Below are positions 51,373-60,763 of a DNA stretch of 64,000 nucleotides, one piece after another. The notes under the pieces are model-generated. The model worked only from the letters and a program-made list of their open reading frames with translations. It was not told the origin of the DNA and searched no databases. This DNA is from a virus (taxonomy: Duplodnaviria > Heunggongvirae > Uroviricota > Caudoviricetes), in IMG/VR virus record IMGVR_UViG_3300033405_000002, positions 32,001-96,000 of that record. One strand, given 5' to 3'. A program made the translations under genes and the position numbers. Numbering within the stretch: the first letter of the stretch is position 1; every line of letters starts with the position of its first letter.

Positions 51373-51969
51373 CTACAAACTTCTGACAAAACTTGGTGCG
51401 GCTGGAGAGATTTGAACTCTCACGTCTTTCGACGCTACCCCCTCAAGATAGTGTGTCTGCCGTTCCACCACAGCCGCGTGCTTTCTATTTCTCGATCCCC
51501 AAGTCTCAGTTTGTTGATGACAATTAGGACAAAGAAATCTCAAATTCTCAAATCTGTTGTCGTCGTTGATCCCGTTTTCATGATCGAGATGTAGCGCTAT
51601 TGGTTTGTTCAACCAGTCAGACAATCCGCAAACGCGACACTTATACTCCCAACCAAGACGTAAAAGTCGTCGTTTGAGTTTGAAACCTTCTGTGATCGGC
51701 GAGTTCTCGCGGAACACTTCCGAGTTCGAATACTTTTGTCGCACGCCGCGATTAACTCTGGCGTCCGTCAGCGACGTTTTACCTTTATTCCACGTCTGTC
51801 CTGTGAAGTGATCGGTACTCAATCCAAATTGCTTTATCAGCGTTACAAGATGCCGATGATTACCGCCAGCCTGTTTTAAGCCAAGAGCCGTTATAACCTG
51901 CGCGACTGAACTACTAGACGCGACTACGGCACCGAGGGATTCAGGCGTGTATTTTCTGTGTGTTCCCAT
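51373..51969 (-). CDS. HNH homing endonuclease reading through tRNA-Leu(GAG)
   Basis: YKCRVCG...LHLDHENG..DDNR..NLRFLCPNCHQQT. Confidence 0.9.
   Translation of the reverse strand: MGTHRKYTPESLGAVVASSSSVAQVITALGLKQAGGNHRHLVTLIKQFGLSTDHFTGQTWNKGKTSLTDARVNRGVRQKYSNSEVFRENSPITEGFKLKRRLLRLGWEYKCRVCGLSDWLNKPIALHLDHENGINDDNRFENLRFLCPNCHQQTETWGSRNRKHAAVVERQTHYLEGVASKDVRVQISPAAPSFVRSL
51394..51477 (-). tRNA. tRNA-Leu(GAG)
   Basis: CTATC-TTGAGGG-GGTAG; variable arm CGTC-GAAA-GACG; CCA. Confidence 0.93.
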
Positions 51970-52011
51970 GAGCACTAATACTGCGTCTGCCATTCCGCCA
52001 TAGCCGCATTA

Positions 52012-52386
52012 CTACTCACTACCGAGTTTGGTATCAGCTTTTTTCCACTCAGCTTCAACCGCTCTCTTAAACTTCTCCAGCCCGGTCTCGTTTGCACCGT
52101 CATAAATCAAATACTCAGGTGCCAGCACGATTCCAAGTTGCGTCTCATCATACGTCCGTTGATCCGGCACCGCGCCGCAATCCCGAACGATATGAACGAT
52201 AGCTGCCTTCGCCCCTTCCGCGCCAAACAAATGCTTCGCTTCGCGGACGCCTTTCCAGCAGTGACGATGACGCCGATGCCTTGGGCCGTATTGACGGAAC
52301 AATTCGTCCATCCAGCGATTGACATTCTCGTGCCTATCGCCAAGCAGCCGCTCGCAGTCCCGACAATGGTCTTCGAACTTTGCCAT
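52012..52386 (-). CDS. DUF6915-like protein
   Basis: H....RWMD....RHR.HRH...G....H...DCG.VP. Confidence 0.55.
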   Translation of the reverse strand: MAKFEDHCRDCERLLGDRHENVNRWMDELFRQYGPRHRRHRHCWKGVREAKHLFGAEGAKAAIVHIVRDCGAVPDQRTYDETQLGIVLAPEYLIYDGANETGLEKFKRAVEAEWKKADTKLGSE

Positions 52387-52408
52387 ACAATCCAATCGCG
52401 TCGGGCGA

Positions 52409-52477
52409 ATGAGATGGTGGGACTCGAACCCACAAGCAGGCTTCTACGCCCCGCGTCTGCCATTCCGCCACATCTCT
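52409..52477 (-). pseudogene. Degenerate tRNA-Leu-like sequence
   Basis: TGGCGGAATGGCAGACGC D arm and intact T arm; 6-nt anticodon loop; no CCA. Confidence 0.55.
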
Positions 52478-52610
52478 AACATGCGTTAATTAGACGCATC
52501 CGCCCGAAATTGTTGCCAGTCACAAATCCCGCAGTGCCTTAGTCATCTCCCAGATGAGTGGGCCTGCAAGAGACAGTTGGGTATTCTGCCTTGTGTGCTT
52601 CTGGCAAACT

Positions 52611-52696
52611 TGGTGCGAACGGAGAGATTTGAACTCTCATGGCTGTTAACCGCAGGACTCTCAATCCTGTGCGTCTGCCAATTCCGCCACGCTCGC
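52611..52696 (-). tRNA. tRNA-Leu(GAG), A37
   Basis: CAGGA-TTGAGAG-TCCTG; long variable arm; CCA. Confidence 0.92.
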
Positions 52697-52700
52697 AAAA

Positions 52701-53228
52701 TCACCGCCACATTTCCGACCAGCACTCAATGGTCTGGAAGTGACGCCACGGCGTTACGCCGTCCTCTACACCTTCAACCCACGTGGGTCGCATCACCAGT
52801 GCAAGACTTGGAAACGCTTTCGGCTTGGTCACCTTCTTCACCGTTGGCTTCGCTTCCTTGCTAGTGGAGAATGGCGCGTTTTCGATTACTTCCTCTTCAA
52901 CTTGAAGAGTGCGCCAGTGCCCGTCACCTACTCGCAGAACAACGGGCCAGCCCGGTTCAAGCTCTTGCCGAAAATCTGTGACCTTCGTCCAGTCCATCAC
53001 CCCGTCGTCTAGCCGCCACGAGATTGAGTTCGACTTAAGCAAACGCTGTGCGTTCGTTCTCGAATCTACAATTCCGGCAGCGACCAGTACACGATCCATC
53101 TGGAATGAGGCAACGTCGATCTCAATGAAGCCGCGCTCCTCAACGGTGCGCCACTTCGGATTCCAGAGCCACAGAGCTTTCTCGTTTACCGCTCGGTGCG
53201 CTGGCTCTTCGGCAGATCGTTCCCCCAT
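52701..53228 (-). CDS. S4-like RNA-binding domain protein (start uncertain)
   Basis: MDRVLVAAGIVDSRTNAQRLLKSNSI...VLRVG resembles the TyrRS C-terminal S4 domain. Confidence 0.6.
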   Translation of the reverse strand: MGERSAEEPAHRAVNEKALWLWNPKWRTVEERGFIEIDVASFQMDRVLVAAGIVDSRTNAQRLLKSNSISWRLDDGVMDWTKVTDFRQELEPGWPVVLRVGDGHWRTLQVEEEVIENAPFSTSKEAKPTVKKVTKPKAFPSLALVMRPTWVEGVEDGVTPWRHFQTIECWSEMWR

Positions 53229-53416
53229 TTTTGGTTGATCAGGGAAGAGTCCTGCTCGCACCATTGAGCCGAGACGCGCCAACGCAAACCATCGCCTACA
53301 TCCTTCAAGGAAACGATGGAACCAACACGAACATTTGGTTTCACTGGTAGCCATGCTATTAGCTTAGCCTCCCCTGTTTCGGTTTGTCGAGTTAACAGCG
53401 TTTGAACGACCTGCAT
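53186..53416 (-). CDS. Hypothetical protein
   Basis: GGAG RBS before MQVVQ. Confidence 0.5.
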   Translation of the reverse strand: MQVVQTLLTRQTETGEAKLIAWLPVKPNVRVGSIVSLKDVGDGLRWRVSAQWCEQDSSLINQKWGNDLPKSQRTER

Positions 53417-53433
53417 ATTTGATGCTCCAAACT

Positions 53434-53519
53434 TGGTGCCGGAGAGGGGACTTGAACCCCTATGGCTGTTAACCGTCGCGCTCTGAACGCGGTGTGTCTG
53501 CCAATTCCACCACTCCGGC
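53434..53519 (-). tRNA. tRNA-Leu(CAG), A37
   Basis: CGCG-TTCAGAG-CGCG; long variable arm; CCA. Confidence 0.92.
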
Positions 53520-53520
53520 A

Positions 53521-53613
53521 TGGTGCATGTTGAAGGAATCGAACCTTCCTCTAGTCCCCGAAGGGGAATCCGCTTTACAGGCGGTCGGCATCACCAGCTT
53601 GACCTAAACATGC
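53521..53613 (-). tRNA. tRNA-Tyr(GTA)
   Basis: CCGC-CTGTAAA-GCGG; variable arm TCCCC-TTCG-GGGA; CCA. Confidence 0.88.
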
Positions 53614-53627
53614 GTGCTTCTAAATTT

Positions 53628-53715
53628 TGGTGCATGGTGCAGGACTCGAACCTGCGTAGCCCACAAGGGGCGTCTGGGTTACAGCCAGATAGAATTGCCG
53701 CTATCTCAACCATGC
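53628..53715 (-). tRNA. tRNA-Tyr(GTA)
   Basis: TCTGG-CTGTAAC-CCAGA; long variable arm; CCA. Confidence 0.9.
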
Positions 53716-53720
53716 AACTT

Positions 53721-53811
53721 TGGTGCAAGTGGTAGGATTCGAACCTACTACGGACTCTAAGAATCTCCAGCTTTACAGGCTGGTGCCGCCAACCGTATCG
53801 ACCTCACTTGC
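53721..53811 (-). tRNA. tRNA-Tyr(GTA)
   Basis: CCAGC-CTGTAAA-GCTGG; long variable arm; CCA. Confidence 0.88.
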
Positions 53812-53815
53812 GTAC

Positions 53816-53848
53816 AAAAACAAAAAAGCCGCCATTTTCTGGCGGCTT
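53816..53848 (-). terminator. Attenuator terminator directly upstream of the Tyr/Leu tRNAs
   Basis: AAGCCGCCA-GAAAA-TGGCGGCTT followed by TTTTGTTTTT. Confidence 0.9.
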
Positions 53849-53874
53849 CGGTCGTTCTTGGGGTCTAAATAGCG

Positions 53875-53952
53875 TCACCCATTGAACACACCGGAGCCAC
53901 CCCCGCTAAGCAGGGTATACAACAGCGCCAGTGATAGGGAAACGCGGGTCAT
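53875..53952 (-). promoter_or_regulatory. Leader peptide MTRVSLSLALLYTLLSGGGSGVFNG (Leu/Tyr attenuator)
   Basis: AAGGA RBS; six Leu and one Tyr codons; GGTGGCTCCGGT is complementary to the terminator 5' arm ACCGAAGCCGCC. Confidence 0.8.
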
Positions 53953-54008
53953 AATGTCCTTTGAGGTCTCCGGGTAACGTCTTTCTGTCCGGCAGCAACC
54001 TCTCACAT

Positions 54009-54038
54009 AGTATACTGCAAAGTCAGACAATTTGTCCA
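54009..54038 (-). promoter_or_regulatory. Promoter of the Tyr/Leu tRNA operon
   Basis: TGGACA-N18-TATACT. Confidence 0.75.
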
Positions 54039-54056
54039 CATTTGCGAAAATTATTT

Positions 54057-55025
54057 TTACAGGATCGCATCGAGAACATCGTCCGCCTGTTCTTCGGTCA
54101 TGGATGTCTGGATTTCCTGCTCGTCTGGCGGCACCGGGATGGCGAAATCTTCAATTGCCGCCAAATTCTCTCTTTTCAGCAATGAAGCGAATTCCAGTTC
54201 GGTGTAAAGGGATGCGAGCGCTTCTTTGTTCGGCTCTTGCAGCTTCATCGCCGGGATGTCCAGTTCCACCGGGGCGTCACAGGCAATAGTGACCAGCCGT
54301 TTGCTCAGCCTGATTTGATCCACGTTGTTGATGATGGACTCGCGGTACTGCTTGCGCTTGACTTCTTCAGCCCGTTGGATCGCGGCTTCGAGGGAACCAA
54401 ACTGCTTGATGATGTCCACGGAGCCTTTCTTCCCGATTCCGGGAGCGCCGGGGATGTTGTCCACAGTGTCGCCACGCAGAGCCATGACATCTGCAACCAT
54501 CGCTGGCGGAACTCCCACAATTTCTTCCACCTTTGCCGCGTCCGCTGTCAGGTCTTTCATCGGATTAACGGTGAACGTGCGGTCATTCACAAGCTGGAAC
54601 ATGTCTTTGTCCCCGGTCACGATGTAGACCACGTTTTCCGGGTCGGCGTATGCTTTCGTTGCGAGCGTGCCGATCAGGTCGTCCGCTTCGTATCCGGCAA
54701 GCTCCATTTTCGGAATACGGTAAGCTTCAATGGCGCGGAAAATAAATGGAATCTGACGCACCAGATCAAACGGCGTCTCGCCTTTGCGATTTGCCTTGTA
54801 ATCCGCGAATTCAATATCACGGAAGGTCTCTCCCGGTGTGTCGCAGACAGCGATCAAATGCTCTGGCTTATGCTCTTCGATCAGCTTGTGGAGCATGTTG
54901 CAGAAAATGTATGTCGCGCCAGTGGGGAAGCCCGCCTTCGTACTCATGACGATGGACTGGTGCGCGGCCGCGTGATAAGCGCGGTAGATGAAGGACATTG
55001 TGTCCAGCAGAAAAATCCTAGCCAT
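54057..55025 (-). CDS. 5'-3' exonuclease (stand-alone Pol I N-terminal domain)
   Basis: LLD..S.IYRAYHA, YKANR, EADD.IGT, TGDKD, GDTVDNIPG.PGIG.K. Confidence 0.95.
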   Translation of the reverse strand: MARIFLLDTMSFIYRAYHAAAHQSIVMSTKAGFPTGATYIFCNMLHKLIEEHKPEHLIAVCDTPGETFRDIEFADYKANRKGETPFDLVRQIPFIFRAIEAYRIPKMELAGYEADDLIGTLATKAYADPENVVYIVTGDKDMFQLVNDRTFTVNPMKDLTADAAKVEEIVGVPPAMVADVMALRGDTVDNIPGAPGIGKKGSVDIIKQFGSLEAAIQRAEEVKRKQYRESIINNVDQIRLSKRLVTIACDAPVELDIPAMKLQEPNKEALASLYTELEFASLLKRENLAAIEDFAIPVPPDEQEIQTSMTEEQADDVLDAIL

Positions 55026-57420
55026 TATGCACCTGCACTTTGATAATCAATCCCGCCTTGTCGCAGCATGTGGAGAAGCAATGGTATCTGCCGGGGACGC
55101 CGGAGTGACAACCGCAGGTACAAACTTCACTCACGTTCTCCGACTTAAGCGCCGCGAGCACCTGCTTTGTGTCTTCTTCTGATCCGAGCATCAACAAGTC
55201 TTTTTTCATAGACCACTCAATTCTAACACATCACGCCGACCGCACTCCCTGATGAATTGGATGCGAATATCGTAGTGATGGGCACAATAATAATACGTCC
55301 TTCCGCTGGGCCACGAAATGTGAGCAACCGCAGGCAATCCGCACGGTACTTCGCGGTCGTGTTCATCCATGACATGCCAGTCACAGGTTTTTCTCATTTT
55401 TCTCCCGCCAGTCCTGCGCAAGACGCTTCACCAATTTCCGTATGCGCATGATCGTGTCGTAGTGCTCAGCACAAAACGGAAGAAGCTGATCCCGAAAATC
55501 AAGGTCGCCAACGGACGGTTTTCCGCAAAGTTCTTCCCTAGTGTGACCGTCCTCGACAGAAACTATCCGGTAGGCACATTCCTTACGCACGCTGTCCCTC
55601 AACCAAGTTCAACATTGGGTAGTGTTCTTTCAAGCGTCGGAATGCGTTATGCAGGTTGTCGGCAACCACGTCTGCTACAATAAGAATGCTATTCATGCGC
55701 GGCACCATGATGCACGTCTCTTGCGTGATGTTCACGCCCTTGAAAATCTCGTACATGATCTTACGTGCGAACAAGACATCCTGAAGCACTTGACCGCCAG
55801 ACTTCGAGATGAATGGGTACGGAACGCCAGCGGCGTCGAACTTCACACCCGTGGTTTCTTGTCCCACAGGAACCGCCATCACTGGCACTGAATCCCACGT
55901 GATGTAGTAAGTCTTCAAAGACGGCAGAGTCTTGAGGTACTTGTCCCCACCCATGCCGATCATGCTGATGTTGCGGGAGTCCGCGAACGCTGGCGTGCTG
56001 CCTTTCGGTGAAACGCGAAAACTGACTTGCGGTGTGAATTGACTGATAATGTGCAAGGCGCGGATTGTTGAGAGCACAGCATTGTACTGGCGCTGTTCTT
56101 CCGTAATCGCGTCCGCCTGCTTGACCATCTTGGCTTTCGGCGCGAATGGATCAAGCTTCCACTCTTTCGGCCACTCACTCTTCAGGCGGTCAATTTCTTT
56201 CTTGGCATCGCCCGTCATGTAAAACATCCCGGTGTAGCCTTGCAGATTGAGCAGCACTTGCGTGAAGAGATTGTAGTCCAGAAGCGGTGCCAGATAGCGG
56301 ATGATATTGAGCTTGTCTACTCCGGTAGGTTCGCTTTTGACAATCGGCCCACCTTCCATCCAAGAATCGCTGAGTAGCTTATTGATGATGCCAGCCCAGT
56401 GCTCTGTGCGGTCGAAGTCCAGCCCCGGATAGAACGCCTTGAAAGTCTTCTCAAGCGTTGCTTCAGACTCGAATAGAGCGTTGATCTTATCCGCGAAAAT
56501 CTGCGCGGTACGCTGGTACATCTCTCTCATATAACTCGAATCTTGGTGGGACGCTTAACCCCTCTCGCTACCGACCTTTTTTAGGGATGCGGAATGCCTC
56601 TCTGACTTTGCTCTTCATCGAATTTGCTCAGTGACCTCTTCTCCAAGTGCAACATTGAAGCCGTTCTTGTGCGCCCAGCGGCGAATTGAAGACTGTGATC
56701 GGGCGAGATTTAACCTGCGGTCTCTTTCTTCAGCGCCTTGAATGTTAAGGTCTTCTGTCGTTGGGTCTTCCTCTTCCGTAAGGCTTTCAATCAGCTTCAA
56801 CTGATCTGGAGGGATTGACGAACGATGGCAGGCGACATAGTGAACGATGAGCGAGTTTGTCTGGTAGGTTTTCCCACCGATCTTGATAGACCAATCCCCA
56901 TTGTCCGAACAGGCGTCGCACGCGCAAGTATGAAAACCCCTGTACCAAATGCCTTCAAGGTTCTCTTTGCGGTGGTTAAGGTACGCTACCTTGCGCGTGA
57001 TGGAATCCACGATAGGCGGTGCATCATAACCGCGTGGCTCGATCATCAAAAAACCGTCTGGATTAACCATGGTTATTCTCCGACCGTCGCACCCGGATGA
57101 TCGAGTTTCTGCTTGATCTTCTTGGCGAGCGAGACCAAAGACAAGAAAAAGAAGTCGTCATCCTTGTCTTCGATGACAAGCTGCTTGGCGTAGTTGATGC
57201 CGTCCAGCACTTCTTGATAGAGATCAAGCATCGCATCGCGACCGTTATGAGACTTGAGCCGCGTGCCATACTTTTTCTCGCCAAGGCGGATTCGAGCTTC
57301 GGTATCTTCGGCGATGTAGCCCAGACCCATCTCTCTCAAGTCTTTGGCTGCTTCCACGGCGACGTCGATGCCGTCTCCAGTTGGCATCGGTTGAACTTTT
57401 GCTGCGTCTTCTCCAGACAT
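55018..57420 (-). CDS. Run of hypothetical genes (55018-55209, 55206-55421, 55381-55602, 55583-56530, 56615-57070, 57073-57420)
   Basis: Tiling ORFs; the last has R..LG.KKYG...QE.LD typical of all-alpha nucleotide pyrophosphatase-like phage proteins. Confidence 0.55.
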
Positions 57421-58022
57421 TATTCCATTCTTCCTTCAGGTAGGGTAGCCTTCCAAGCTTCCCATGCGGGCATCTTGGATTTCATCTTGCGCTTCACATC
57501 TTCAATACTGACTGGCGTGTAATCCCAGCAGTCCACACCGATGTCAAACGCAAGCCACTGTGCTTCTTCGGGAAGTTGGTTGTGAGAGTGACCGTAAAGC
57601 TGCCATGCACCCTTGTGCGACCCCGGCCACGTGCGCATCGCATAGTGACAGAGCGTGATCTTGGGTACGTCGTAGCCTTTGAGCTTCAGATGGACGAGAT
57701 CAGAGACCGATGCAAAGCAACCGGGGTTGCGGCGAATCATCTCTTCTGCTACATGGTCGTGGTTGCCGTAGATGAAGTGCTGCTCTCCCATAAGGCGCTG
57801 GCGAAATGCAAACGCCTGCTCCCACTGGCACTTGAGCGCGTAGTCTCCGTGGTTGTAAACTTTGTCGCCGGGGCGCACCACAGCGTTATGCCGATCCGCG
57901 ATAGCGGCGTGCATCTCTTCCACGCACGAGAAGGGGCGTCCTTTCCCAAGGTGCAGGATGTTCTCGTGGTAAAGGTGGTAATCAGATGTGAAGAAGATGT
58001 TTGGTTTAGTGAGTATGTTCAT
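57420..58022 (-). CDS. Calcineurin-like metallophosphoesterase
   Basis: TSDYH, GD, GNHD, CHY, GHSH. Confidence 0.92.
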   Translation of the reverse strand: MNILTKPNIFFTSDYHLYHENILHLGKGRPFSCVEEMHAAIADRHNAVVRPGDKVYNHGDYALKCQWEQAFAFRQRLMGEQHFIYGNHDHVAEEMIRRNPGCFASVSDLVHLKLKGYDVPKITLCHYAMRTWPGSHKGAWQLYGHSHNQLPEEAQWLAFDIGVDCWDYTPVSIEDVKRKMKSKMPAWEAWKATLPEGRME

Positions 58023-58043
58023 TTACCCACTAATACTGCAAAA

Positions 58044-58391
58044 TCAGGTGAGGGTTGCAAACTTGTCGCTTTCATTCTCTCGAAGCACGTAAGCGTAAAG
58101 GTTGGAGTCTTTCAGGATCACGCGCTTGTAATTTTCCCCTTCGTACTCATCCATCAACGGGAGATCGGCCGCAGGCACGGCCCAAATTTCACCAACCACG
58201 TAATCCGTGGAATCATTGGTCTCGATGGCGGAAGGATATTCGGCGTCCCGGATAAACTTCATTCCGGTCTTCAGGACGGTGGACACAAACTGAGCGCCAG
58301 CCATAAGCTCATGGCCCGGTTCGCCACGTTTCAGCGTGCCGTAAACGAAGAGATAAACGAATTCAGCGGGACTTTTTGCAGCCTGTTCCAT
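58044..58391 (-). CDS. Gamma-glutamylcyclotransferase (AIG2-like)
   Basis: LFVYGTLKRG, V.GEIW.V, DEYEG..Y.R. Confidence 0.9.
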   Translation of the reverse strand: MEQAAKSPAEFVYLFVYGTLKRGEPGHELMAGAQFVSTVLKTGMKFIRDAEYPSAIETNDSTDYVVGEIWAVPAADLPLMDEYEGENYKRVILKDSNLYAYVLRENESDKFATLT

Positions 58392-59110
58392 GTGGCACTA
58401 TTGAATCTAGTATACGCTGACTGAGTGGCTTTGTGTCAAGCATGTCAGCGATAGCGCCGTCCGTATGGAACGCGATGAGGCCACAAGCGAGGATTTTGGA
58501 GAATTTGGTCTTGTGGTTGCGAAGCTCGTAAACGCCAACGCCAGCGATCAGAATGTGCCAGAGCGACATGTAGACGCGCTCTTCCATTCTCGCGTCTTTA
58601 CGGCGCTGGTGTTTCATTGCCGTTTTGCTCCCTCATACTCAACTATGATCGAACCTAAGTAAGCGATGGATGCAATGGCGAAGGCTCCCGCGCCAATCGC
58701 CGCCCAAAAATCCCCGGTGTGGTGCCAGACCATTAGAGCGACCACAGCGAGTATGAGAAAGAGTCCACCAAGCGCCAATCTCATTCTTCTGGTTCCTTGT
58801 AATTTGGATCGAGATACTGTGCGAACCGCCGCTTGTCGGTCACTTCTCCCGGCTTAGCGCCATAGTTCGGTGTATCATCTTCGGGTAATTCTACCGCAAA
58901 ATTCCCGCCGCATATAGAGCACAAAAGTGCCGCATACTCCCGCACTTTCGGGGGAAGGTCGCCTTTGAGTCCTCGGCAAAGATGTCTACCTGTTCGACCC
59001 ATTCGAATCCTTTTTCGGTAGCAGAGCGTAAGCGAGCAAAGTGAACCCAGAGACCAGACCTATGACGCAAGCGATAGCGACAATCGTGCCTAGAATATCG
59101 TCAGCCATGA

Positions 59111-60121
59111 TTACAGGTCGCAAAGCTCCAGCAGCAAGCTCTCCAGTCTCGGATCGTCCTTGCATAACTCTTTGATGACATCGCGGGGATCATTGACTTC
59201 AATTTCTCCAACCGAAGCGTCCATGTCGGCGAAAAAAGACATGATCTCTTCAGATTTGCCAACCGTTTCCACGCCTTTATCGGCGGCGGCAAACGCTATC
59301 TCCAGCGGTTTCACCGGGATAGGTCGTTCGCCATACTTGAACACCCCGCCGGGTTCAAAGGACAGGATCGCAGCCACTACCGGGCGGTCAAGCTCGTCAC
59401 ACGTGAACGCGGCGCGTGCCATGCTCCCTAGATTGACGTGAGTGATGTTGTCCACTTCGTCCACGCCGTGCCGGGAGTGGTCGTGCCCCCAGAGCATGAT
59501 GTCAAAATCCACACCCTTAAGTTCATTGTAACCGATTGTCCGCGTTTCGAACATAGAACCTGCATCGCCGGGGTGCCCGTATGCGTGAACTACGCCGATA
59601 CGGTGATCCACCTTCGGCTGGCGCGGCCCTGCGTTCAGGATGTTCTTGATCGTGTCATCGCCTTCCGCGAACGGAAACGTTTCCACTTGCACGCGCACGG
59701 TCTCATCCGTGTTGGTGAAGATGACAGGCTCTCGGTTCAAGTCGTGGTAAGCTCCCACTTCGATAAGAAGTCCGAGAGGTTGGCGCGGCAGTGAGTCCAT
59801 GCGGTCATAAGACAGGTCATGGTTGCCGATGGAACCAAAGACCATGCCTTGTGGGAAGCGCCGGAGCGCGTTCATCAAGTCGATGATGAGGCGGAAACTG
59901 TTGCCGATGTGATGTGGTTTCTTGTGGTGGAAAACGTCGCCGCCACAGAGCGCCGCGCCGTGTAGTTTCTCGGTCATTTCACGCACGAAGGCGAGCTTTT
60001 GCAGTAACGCGTGGCGATAGTCGTCTTTACGGCGTCCGGGGGGAACATCGGAAAAATGCCAGTCCGTTGTCCAAACAAGGTTTACACGGTTCTTGGGGTC
60101 GTCAAGCTTGATCTTCATCAA
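59111..60121 (-). CDS. SbcD/Mre11-like nuclease
   Basis: TDWH, GGDVFH, GNHD, GHDH, NLGS..R. Confidence 0.9.
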   Translation of the reverse strand: MMKIKLDDPKNRVNLVWTTDWHFSDVPPGRRKDDYRHALLQKLAFVREMTEKLHGAALCGGDVFHHKKPHHIGNSFRLIIDLMNALRRFPQGMVFGSIGNHDLSYDRMDSLPRQPLGLLIEVGAYHDLNREPVIFTNTDETVRVQVETFPFAEGDDTIKNILNAGPRQPKVDHRIGVVHAYGHPGDAGSMFETRTIGYNELKGVDFDIMLWGHDHSRHGVDEVDNITHVNLGSMARAAFTCDELDRPVVAAILSFEPGGVFKYGERPIPVKPLEIAFAAADKGVETVGKSEEIMSFFADMDASVGEIEVNDPRDVIKELCKDDPRLESLLLELCDL

Positions 60122-60334
60122 TATCTAATACGTCAGCCAGAGTGTCTGTCACGAGTTTGGCCCGTGCCTTGGCGAGTATAAACGTCTGGTAAAGCTGGTC
60201 ACCCACCGGACAGAAAAAATCATCACGGCATTCGGTGCAGGCTTCCATGTGCTTGATTGTGGCGTCACAAGCCGCGATGTCTTGCTGCAAGAGGTAGCGG
60301 CGATGCGTCAGCGAGATGCGCATCTGTTTGTGCA

Positions 60335-60727
60335 TTAGGCACTCGCGGGAATGGCGTCAGCGATCTCGTAGCCATTGACAGTAGGGATCAGGAAACGAAT
60401 CGGCAATCCAAGCTCAGCGGCAATCTTACGTTCGGCGCTAACTCCCACAGATGTCTCCCATCCCGGTATGCAGAGCACCCAGAACTCTTGGCACTTGCTA
60501 ATCATGGTGCCATCGAAGTCGGCCCAGAATTTCCAGTCTCCCGGCGTATGACCGGACGTGCAGAGCGCATGTGATTGGACGATGGGAACGAAGAAATGCC
60601 AGTCGTGGTTGTTTTGAATCAGCCAGTTCCACGCGGATAACACGGACTCGAACCGCTGCGCCTCCACCGCCTTATCGGGGTGAGTGTAGGGACTGGCTAA
60701 ATACACGAGTTTCCCGGTTCTTCCCAT
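60335..60727 (-). CDS. DUF1937-like (nucleoside deoxyribosyltransferase fold) protein
   Basis: VYLASPYTH, PIVQSH, W..FD, GWE.S.GV..E...A. Confidence 0.8.
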   Translation of the reverse strand: MGRTGKLVYLASPYTHPDKAVEAQRFESVLSAWNWLIQNNHDWHFFVPIVQSHALCTSGHTPGDWKFWADFDGTMISKCQEFWVLCIPGWETSVGVSAERKIAAELGLPIRFLIPTVNGYEIADAIPASA

Positions 60728-60763
60728 GGAGAGCAATACTGAGAACGCCGCGAAATCGTGAAT

